From Verrucomicrobiales bacterium (lineage in GTDB: Bacteria > Verrucomicrobiota > Verrucomicrobiia > Verrucomicrobiales > V1-33): a DNA stretch of 64,000 nucleotides. Location: contig JANOAV010000086.1 of the NCBI GenBank assembly GCA_031411295.1, positions 60,242 through 124,241 of the forward strand. Direction: 5' to 3'. Shown piece by piece: positions 55,959 to 64,000 of this stretch. The number at the start of each line of letters is the position of its first letter. The stretch's first letter is position 1. The translations under genes and the position numbers were made by a program. The notes beneath the pieces are model-generated. The model made no database searches. It was not told where the DNA came from and saw nothing but the letters and a program-made list of their open reading frames with translations.

Positions 55959-58900
55959 ATGAAACGTGTTAATTTAAAATTGCTGCTAGCGCTGTGTGGC
56001 CTTGGCCTCAACGGCGTGGGTGCCCAGACGGTCCTGAATCCGAGCTTCGAGGCCGACACTTTTGCCAATTCCCCAGGCTATGTTGCGGGGAATACAGCGA
56101 TCACGAATTGGTCCACCACGAATCTGGCCCAGGTGGGCATCAATCCAGCCGGCGGGAATCCCTTCGCTGATAACGGCACCGTGCCAGCGGGGACCAACGT
56201 AGGCTTTTTGCAAGGCACCGGAGCCAACTTGAGCGCGCCCATCACAGGACTAACGGTGGGGGTGAAATACAAAGTGAATTTCCGGGTCAATGCCCGTGGG
56301 GGGAATTTGCCGACGTTGCGGGTGGTGACGGACGGCATTGGCGACCCGATGGACGCTTGGGTGCAGGCGGTAGGCGGCACGAATCCCTATCAATATGTGG
56401 CCTATGAGTTCACGGCTACCGCCACCACACAAAATCTCACGGTGAGCAATCTCAATCAACAAGGGGGAGACAACACTCTGTTAGTCGATGATTTCTCCGT
56501 CGTTCCTTCCAGCGGGGCTTGGTCCTACGCGGCTTGGAATGATGACGCCTCCTCTGGCGTGGATAAAGGCTTCTTCTACTCGCATGCCTTTACCTTCGGT
56601 AGTGCGGCCGACTATGCGACGCTGAACGGCGTGGGATTTGTGGCCACACCGGGGGGAAATCCCACCATTCCGGGTCGATTCTCGACCGCGGGTTTGCCGA
56701 ACCCCTTCGGAGGAGTGGGGCGCACGATGACGGGAGCCAGTAATACGGTGGGACAATCCTTTATCTATGGCGGACCGAATATGTCGATCACGCTCAATGG
56801 ACTGAAGCCAAATACGGCCTATGTGGCGACCATCTTCGGCGTGGCCTTCGATGTCTCCACCACTTACGCACGGACTGCAACGTTCTCCAGTTCGCTCACG
56901 CCCAATGATCGACTGACGGTCGACCTGGACCACTTCGGACAGCAGCACGGGATTCGGGTAAATCTAAGTTATACGACTGATGCCACAGGAAATGTGACGC
57001 TGAGTTATGATCAGTTAGGCAACGGTTCCTGGCATACCTCCGCCTTCTGTAATCGTGAGGTGGTGCGGAACGGATGGAGTCAACAAAAATGGGCCGGAGA
57101 CGCGACCTCGGGCGTTGATTCCAGCAAGGTTTACACCCACGCGCTAAGCTTTGGTTCCGCCACGAGCACGACGATCAATGGCGTGCCGTTCACTGGAGCG
57201 GATGGCGGTAATCCCAGCGGAGCAAATTTCTCGCTGACGAATTTCGATGGGGTATTCGCAGGGGACATCAACAACATTACCACAGCAGGTGGCGGCAGTG
57301 CGGCCGTGGCCACAGACTTTATTTATAACGGATTCCCTGGTGTCATCAACCTCACGGGGTTGACCCCAGGACAGTCTTATCAGCTGACACTCTTCTCCGT
57401 CGGTTGGGAAGCACCCGGAGCCCGTCAGGCGATCTTCGGTGCCCCGGATGATCGCATGTTGGCGGATCAGGATTTCTACGGGGACAATGTCGGCACCCGG
57501 TTTGACTATCATTATGTGGCGGATGCCTCCGGAAATCTTACTGTCACCACAACTCCCACCGGAGGGGCATCGATTCACCTCTACGGTCTGTGCAATCGTG
57601 CGGATTCCGTGCTGCCAGCCAATAATCCATGGACCATCCAGCCATGGACCGGAAACTCCACTTCCGGTATCAATAGCGATGCAGTTTACACTCACGCTTA
57701 TAATTTCGGCTCCACCACCAATGCAGTCATCAACGGCGTGACCTTCCTAGGCACGTCAGGAGGGAATCCGTCGGCGGCCAATTATCTTAGCAGCGCCCCT
57801 AATGTCTTTGGCGGAGATGCTAACTCCATCACCACCAGTCCCAGCAGCGGCAGTGGCAGCACGATCATGGCGTCGGACTTTCTCTATGGCGGGAATCCGG
57901 GCGGACTGCTCCTTTCCGGTCTGACTCCAGGGACAGAATATCTCCTCAGTTTGTTCACCGTGGGCTGGGATAATGTGAATGGTCGGCTCTTGCTATTCAA
58001 TGGCGAAGCTGGCAGCAAGGTGTTCGATCAAGACACCTACGGCAATGACGCGGGCGTTCGCATCGACTATCGCTATACCGCCAACAGCAGCGGCTATGCG
58101 CTGATCAACGTCGCCCCGCAGGTGCCTGGTGCCACGATGCACATTTATGGGTTCGCGAATCGGGAGTATATCTTCTTCCCCAGCCTGAAAGTGCTAACCC
58201 CACCGGAGAACGCGTATGTCACGGCCTTGGGGGATGCCGCCACATTCACCGTGGCCGCGGATGGCCAGCCCACGCTTTCTTATCAATGGCAAAAGGGGGG
58301 AGTGGACATCTCCGATGACGCTAAATATAGTGGCACGACGACCCCCACCCTAACCGTGAGCAACGTAGCCCCGGCAGATGTCGCACTTTATCGTGTGAAA
58401 GTTACTGGCGGTGGCGCGCAGGGTAGTGTTCTCAGTAGCACAGCCACCATCGTCCTGATTACCGATCCCGTGCCCGGACTTTTCGGCACCGGGATGGGGG
58501 CTAACTGCACCACGCTCGCAGATGGTGCCAATGACCCGCATTTCCTGCTGCTGACCAATCCAGATGGTGATACCTTGGTTCCGGCCGTGGTGGAGGATGG
58601 TTCCCAGTGGCCGATTGTGGCAGGCCCATGGCTGGCAAATTCTGCGACTTCAAAGTGGATCGGTCCACGTTCCTACACGATTGCCTCGGCTCCTGGAGTG
58701 TATGTTTATCAAACGACGGTAGATCTAACAGGCTTTGATCTCTCCACCGTGAGAATCACCGGGCGTTGGACCAGTGACAACCAAGGCCAGGCCATTAAAG
58801 TAAACGATGGCGTGGTGGGAGTGACGAATCCGGTCACTGGGATCACTTCAAGTGGAAATTTCACGGCACTGTCCACCTTCACGATCAGTTCCGCCAACGC

Positions 58901-59792
58901 CACCTTCGTGGACGGCATCAACACGATTGACTTCTACATCAACAACGACGGCGGCCCCAGCGGAACGCAAGTGGGACCAACAGGCTTCCGTTTGGATGAT
59001 TTCAAGGGCTTCGGTGTGATTCCCGCAGGCACGGCCCCGCATATCGCAGTCAGCCCAGCAGACACGAGCGTAGCCCGCAATGGAACTACCTGCCTGATGG
59101 TATCTGCCAGCGGCAGCGCTCCGCTAACCTATCAGTGGAAACTTAATAATGTGGATATCACGGGAGCAACCAGTTCCACGCTGGCGATCACCGCAGATGC
59201 ATTTGCCAAAGCAGGGAACTATACGGTGACAGTGAGCAACGGCTCCGGCACCACGACCAGTTCTGCTGGTGTCCTGACAATCTTGAACGCCGCCCCAGTG
59301 GCAGCGCCAGATTTCTTCATCACCGCCAAAGGTGCTCCGATCACCATTTCCAGCGCCGCCCTGCTAAGCAATGATACGGACGCCGATCTGGACATACTTA
59401 CGGTCGCGACCTTTTCCACCCCCAGTTCCGGCAACAACACCGCCGTCACTGGAGGTGTGACCTATACGCCGGTCACCAACTTCACAGGTGACGCGACCTT
59501 TACCTACGGCATCAACGACGGCTGGGGCGGCACCGCCACGGGCACCGTCACGGTGACGGTTCTGGCGGGAAATATTCCCGCCGCCGGCGTCTTGGACTAC
59601 ACCAACTCTGGAGACCGGAACAATCTGCGCTTCATCGGCTTGCCCGGCGGAACTTACTTGTTCCAACGCAGCACGAACCTGCTCGACTGGACGACGGTGC
59701 AGACGCTCATCGCCCCGGGTTCCGGCTTGCTGGAATGCATTGAACCAAATCCAGTCGAACCAAGACTGTTCCATCGCATGGCGGTTCCCTAG
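55959..59792 (+). CDS. Secreted protein with three tandem ~185-aa repeats, Ig domains and a cadherin-like domain
   Basis: Signal peptide, NPSFE domain, three W...W..D..SG....Y(S/T)HA..FGS repeats, two LSYQW/LTYQW Ig domains, and NAAPVAAPD..LLSNDTDAD. Confidence 0.85.
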   Translation: MKRVNLKLLLALCGLGLNGVGAQTVLNPSFEADTFANSPGYVAGNTAITNWSTTNLAQVGINPAGGNPFADNGTVPAGTNVGFLQGTGANLSAPITGLTVGVKYKVNFRVNARGGNLPTLRVVTDGIGDPMDAWVQAVGGTNPYQYVAYEFTATATTQNLTVSNLNQQGGDNTLLVDDFSVVPSSGAWSYAAWNDDASSGVDKGFFYSHAFTFGSAADYATLNGVGFVATPGGNPTIPGRFSTAGLPNPFGGVGRTMTGASNTVGQSFIYGGPNMSITLNGLKPNTAYVATIFGVAFDVSTTYARTATFSSSLTPNDRLTVDLDHFGQQHGIRVNLSYTTDATGNVTLSYDQLGNGSWHTSAFCNREVVRNGWSQQKWAGDATSGVDSSKVYTHALSFGSATSTTINGVPFTGADGGNPSGANFSLTNFDGVFAGDINNITTAGGGSAAVATDFIYNGFPGVINLTGLTPGQSYQLTLFSVGWEAPGARQAIFGAPDDRMLADQDFYGDNVGTRFDYHYVADASGNLTVTTTPTGGASIHLYGLCNRADSVLPANNPWTIQPWTGNSTSGINSDAVYTHAYNFGSTTNAVINGVTFLGTSGGNPSAANYLSSAPNVFGGDANSITTSPSSGSGSTIMASDFLYGGNPGGLLLSGLTPGTEYLLSLFTVGWDNVNGRLLLFNGEAGSKVFDQDTYGNDAGVRIDYRYTANSSGYALINVAPQVPGATMHIYGFANREYIFFPSLKVLTPPENAYVTALGDAATFTVAADGQPTLSYQWQKGGVDISDDAKYSGTTTPTLTVSNVAPADVALYRVKVTGGGAQGSVLSSTATIVLITDPVPGLFGTGMGANCTTLADGANDPHFLLLTNPDGDTLVPAVVEDGSQWPIVAGPWLANSATSKWIGPRSYTIASAPGVYVYQTTVDLTGFDLSTVRITGRWTSDNQGQAIKVNDGVVGVTNPVTGITSSGNFTALSTFTISSANATFVDGINTIDFYINNDGGPSGTQVGPTGFRLDDFKGFGVIPAGTAPHIAVSPADTSVARNGTTCLMVSASGSAPLTYQWKLNNVDITGATSSTLAITADAFAKAGNYTVTVSNGSGTTTSSAGVLTILNAAPVAAPDFFITAKGAPITISSAALLSNDTDADLDILTVATFSTPSSGNNTAVTGGVTYTPVTNFTGDATFTYGINDGWGGTATGTVTVTVLAGNIPAAGVLDYTNSGDRNNLRFIGLPGGTYLFQRSTNLLDWTTVQTLIAPGSGLLECIEPNPVEPRLFHRMAVP

Positions 59793-60102
59793 CGGCTGCA
59801 GCCACCATAAAGTTTCACGATCCTGATTCGGTTTCCGCTGCGTGCTTTCATGGGTTCAGCGTGGGCAATGCCGACGATGCTTTTGCTGGCATCACGCAGG
59901 TTTTCCAGTCCTGACATGGCGTCTTCCATGAGGTCTGCTTCCAAGGACCTGAACCCTGGATCGATGGAGCGGGAAGCGATCCGCGCTTGACCTTCGGACA
60001 GTTCTGAAAGCCCTGAGGCAAGTGCCCAGCGGACCAGGACGCCTGCACAAGCGGGAAAAACAGATTCGGCGTCGCGCGTCTGGTTGACATGTTGAGTAGC
60101 CA

Positions 60103-60858
60103 ATGGCAGAAACTCTGCTAATGGCTGCCCCCCACCAGAATGCTGCCCCCGGCGTGTTTTTGACCACGCGGTGGAGTCGTGTCGTTAGGGCGGGAGATGG
60201 TGATGGCAAAGATGCGCAGACCGCCTTGGGGGAATTATGTCGGGATTACTGGCGGCCTTTGTATTTTTATGCGCGTCGCCTGGGGCATCTACAGGAGGAT
60301 GCAGAGGATATGACGCAGGGATTTATCATGAGTTTGCTCGCTTCGAACTCCTTCGCACGGGCCACTCCGGACCGCGGGCGGTTTCGCACCTTCTTGTTGG
60401 GAGCGTTTGGAAATTATCGGGCGAACTGGAAGCGGGAACAGTCCGCACTAAAGCGTGGAGGAGCGGTGGCGATGTTCTCCATGGATGCCTATGCGTCGGA
60501 AGCGGAATTCGCCCGGGAGGTGCCAGATAACTCGACCCCGGAGTCAGCCTATGCTCGGAGTTGGGCCCTGGCGTTATTGGACAAGGTCATGGAACACTTG
60601 CGCGAGGAATATGTCGCGGCTGATCGCGGAACGTTATTTGGTGCGTTACAGCCCCATTTGGCAGGCGGCGGGCCCCGGCCAGGCTATGCCCAACTGTCGG
60701 AGGATTTGGGTCTCAGTGAAAATGCCCTCACGGTAGCTTTGCATCGCATGCGCAAGCGCTACGGGGCATTACTACGCGAAGAAATTGCGGCCACGGTGGA
60801 GGATGCGTCGGAGGTAGAGGACGAACTGCGTTTCCTGATGCAAGTGCTTAGCGGTTAA
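60103..60858 (+). CDS. Second kinase-associated ECF sigma factor
   Basis: FLTTRWSRV, ALGELCRDYWRPLYFYARR, DAEDMTQGF, RGRFRTFLL, LHRMRKRY. Start may be 60121. Confidence 0.9.
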   Translation: MAETLLMAAPHQNAAPGVFLTTRWSRVVRAGDGDGKDAQTALGELCRDYWRPLYFYARRLGHLQEDAEDMTQGFIMSLLASNSFARATPDRGRFRTFLLGAFGNYRANWKREQSALKRGGAVAMFSMDAYASEAEFAREVPDNSTPESAYARSWALALLDKVMEHLREEYVAADRGTLFGALQPHLAGGGPRPGYAQLSEDLGLSENALTVALHRMRKRYGALLREEIAATVEDASEVEDELRFLMQVLSG

Positions 60859-61043
60859 CCGGCCCTGCAGGGCCATGTGAAGGACGACGTCATGAGACCA
60901 GGGACCTGCTGGGGGATGCAGCGGGGCGCGGTGCTGGGCTCGTCACCTCTCCCTCCACGCCCTCCACGGACCGGGGAAATTCGGATTTCCTTGTAAGGTT
61001 TGGCTGACTTGCGTTAAGAAATGAGCATACTTACGATTTCTTT

Positions 61044-63667
61044 ATGTCTGAATCAGATCCGCCGATCGCGCAGCTTTGCGATGTTTGTGGGACGCGCTTG
61101 CGCGTCGCTGGTTCCCCGTGCCCGCTGTGCTTGTTAAGTTTGGCGACGGCTTCACCCTTCGATGACGCGGTCTCCGTGGGGCCGCTGCAGCAGCAGCGCT
61201 GGGGCGATTATGATTTACTGGAGGAACTGTCGCGCGGGGGCATGGGCGTCGTTTACCGGGCGCGACAGGTTAGTTTGCAGCGGGAGGTGGCGATCAAATT
61301 GATCTTGTCCGGAGAAATGGCCAGCAAGGAAGCGCGCGCGATGTTTCACAATGTAGCGCTGGCCGCGGCAGGGCTTCATCATCGGAACATCGTTTCCATT
61401 TAAGAGGCCGGGGAGCATGATTTGCAGCCGTAGCTGGCCATGCGACTCGTGCCGGGCGGACGAAATATTGCGCAGTGGGCGGGCGAACATCGGAAGGATT
61501 TCCGCGCCATTGCCACTGCGGTAGCCCAAGTGGCACGGGCGGTGGCGCACGCGCACGAACGCCGGGTCTTGCATCGGGATCTGAAGCCCTCGAACATTTT
61601 ATGGGACGCGGAGCATGGGCCCCAAGTGACGGATTTCGGCTTGGCGAAGTTGCTGAACGCGCCGACTTCCACGATGTCGTTGGGAGCGCAAATGCTCGGC
61701 AGTCCCAGTTACATGGCTCCTGAGCAAACTGGCGGTCGCGTGGCGGAAATCACCACGGTTACGGATGTCTATGGCCTGGGGGCGGTGCTGTATGAACTGC
61801 TGTCAGGACGTCCGCCGTTCCAAGGAAAATCGGCCATCAGCACCGCTCGCATGGTGGTGGAAAATCCCCCCACACCGCTGCCAGACGTGCCGCCAGATCT
61901 CCAGACGGTGTGCCTGAAATGTCTCCAAAAATTAACCGGGCCAGCGATTGCCTTGGCGGAAGGGAATGGTGCCGCTATCACTGATCTGCGTTTCGCTGCG
62001 GATGGTTCCTATTTGTTCGGGCGCAGTGCCGCTAAAGTGGCAATCTTCACTCCGCCGCGCATGAAGCAGCACCCATTGGAGGAGCCTGTGCCAGTGCTGG
62101 CTGCCATTTCACTGGCTGATGGCATCCGAGGATTAAGCTCATCGGCGGATGGCGCTTGCGTGCTGGTTTGGAATGCTCAGGAAGCCGTGGTTTTGGAGAC
62201 AGCTTCGCAAAAGGAATTATTAAAAGTCACCGCCCGGATTCGTTTCAGCAAAGCGGTTATTGCGGCTGGCGGGCAACGGATTTCCTGTCTGGACGGTAGC
62301 TTCATCGCCCGCACTTGGGATGTTGCTAGTGGCCAGGCTTTCCCTGACGTGGAGAGCCCGTTGCCAGAGCGGCATCATTTGACGCTCAATGCCAGCGGCA
62401 GGCACCTCACGCTGGCGGGTTGGGGAAATGATATTTCCATTCACGACACTGACTTGTCACTGAAAGTGTCCCCGGTCATGCGGCACAATTATCGCATCAC
62501 TAGCCTGACGCCTTCGCCCGATGGTTCCTGCGTCTTCAGCTTCGGCTGGGATGAAATGATCCATGCTTGGGATGCGGAGAGCGGACGTTCTCTGCAAAGC
62601 CCCATCCGCCTCGAGGGCAGCCGCACGGGCAGCAGTCTTGAAGCCACGGCTAAGGGCGAGCAGTTGCTGGTGCATCCTCCGGCTGGTGGCGGGTTACCAG
62701 AGACGATCGGGGTCTGGAGTCATACGTGGCAGCCCGTGGTGAAACGCCATGGCATTCCAGGAATGCGGAATTTTAACTCTGGGAGTATTAGCCCCGATGG
62801 CCGACTGGGCGCCATCGGCACGGATACCAATGGCCCCTTGCGTTGCGACGTGTATGAAATTGCCACGGATCAGGTCCTCGTGGATGCTCCCACGCAGGGT
62901 CAAGTCTGTGCTACCCTCTTTGCCCCTGACATGAAGCGCTGCTATGCAGCGACCGATGCCGGCTGGGTGTATGGCTGGTCGCTGCTAAATGGGGCCCACT
63001 CTGGGAGCCGAACCACCAGTCGGGAAATCTCATTCCTGCGGCCATTTCACCGGATGGCACATGGCTCGTCGCAGGTCACGCGGATGGGCATGTGCGGATC
63101 TACGATACTGCCAATGGGCAAGTAGTGCATACCTTAAGGGACATGGGCGAGACCCGGACCATCCGCTTTGCACCCGATGACAGCGGACGTTTTCTCACGG
63201 GAGGACTGAAGCAGGTGGCGGAACTATGGGATGTGACCACGGGGAGCAAACTCCAAACATTTCGTGGGCATACTGGCACCGTCATCGCCAGTTCATGGAG
63301 CCGTGATAGTCGCACGATTGCCACCGCTTCCTACGATAAAACCGCCCGCGTCTGGGACGTAGCTACCGGAAAAACGATCGGAGATCCGATGCTTCACCTG
63401 GCGGATCCATCGCATTTGGAAATCAGCCTAGATGGCAAGCGCCTGGCCACCGTGGCACGTGATGGGACGGCCCGGTTGTGGGATCCCGGCACGAGCGCAG
63501 CCGTCTCTCCATTATTGCGACAAGGGCAATCCTGCACCACCGTGCGTTTTTCGGCAGATGGTTCTGTGTTCTTCGTCCACGATCACGACGGCTTTCGCTT
63601 CTGGGACACCGCGACCGCGCTTCCAGTCACGATTCATTACCCCGAACCCGTAGGGGTTGAGCGATAG
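61044..63667 (+). pseudogene. Degraded Ser/Thr kinase-WD40 repeat gene
   Basis: In-frame TAA (61401) and TAG (61431) within HRNIVSI*EAGEHDLQP*LAM, an abrupt kinase-to-WD40 join near 61932, a frameshift near 62993, and a 3' end running into a palindromic element. Confidence 0.88.
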
Positions 63668-63852
63668 CGATACCCCCGGTATCCCAACGAAGTGGCCGCA
63701 TCCCGGCAGGGATGCCAGAATCGGATCGCGCCACGCCATTTCTTCTCAGATTGCTGATCTGGCATCCCTGCCGGGATGCGATTCTTATGGGTCTCTAACC
63801 GGGGGTATCGCTATCGCTCAACCCGGCTAATTTCTGAGATCCCTCCGGGATC
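63654..63852. repeat. Nested perfect inverted-repeat element (REP/MITE-like)
   Basis: 27-bp perfect IR at 63654-63680 / 63798-63824 encloses a 23-bp perfect IR at 63697-63719 / 63758-63780; a further partial copy lies at 63833-63852. Confidence 0.85.
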
Positions 63853-64000
63853 ACCTCATCTTGAACTACTTAGAATTAGTCTGCAGGAAACCAACTGAAT
63901 GCGGAAGGAAACCAAGTGCACCCCTGCGGCAGAGCCCACGCCAAGAAATGCCCCCGAATCAAACCTAATGGTGGATTTTTGCACCGAGCACTCACTGGGA

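Noticed and set aside
59789..60209. Short minus-strand ORFs between the exoprotein and ECF genes
   Set aside because: No recognisable motifs, and three overlapping frames are equally unconvincing.
61401..61433. Two in-frame stops at expected Tyr positions, suggesting stop-codon reassignment
   Set aside because: TAA and TAG terminate many intact genes in this window, TAY to TAR is a single substitution, and the gene has other lesions.
1..64000. CRISPR array, tRNA/rRNA, transposase, integrase or prophage genes
   Set aside because: I saw no regularly spaced identical repeats or diagnostic motifs by eye; tRNAscan and Infernal were not run.

Overview
Bacterial chromosomal DNA whose gene content points to Verrucomicrobia/PVC (DUF1501, kinase-linked ECF sigma factors, giant lamin-tail/CotH surface proteins); the taxonomy is inferred, not searched. 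From left to right: a >1490-aa zinc-ribbon/TM/TPR/DUF3857-transglutaminase gene that the ORF track misses (minus strand, runs off the left edge); a 2340-aa LamG/LTD/CotH exoprotein; an EF-hand protein; oppABC plus a LMW phosphatase and a KirBac channel; an OYE reductase; a clan-A glycoside hydrolase; an ECF/Ser-Thr kinase pair; a PHP metallohydrolase; a plsY-like gene coupled to a GNAT-aminotransferase fusion (candidate serinol/aminolipid pathway); DUF1501; an FHA-adenylate cyclase; a signal-peptide RHS toxin with immunity gene; an HTTM-like pair; a PAS-AraC regulator; a second glycoside hydrolase; a two-gene deletion scar; a second LTD/CotH protein; a repeat/Ig exoprotein; and a second ECF whose kinase-WD40 partner is a pseudogene ending at a nested-palindrome element. 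I saw no rRNA, tRNA, CRISPR array or transposase. The best leads are the PlsY + GNAT-aminotransferase operon, a shared C-terminal sorting-like domain on three exoproteins, and the RHS toxin module.
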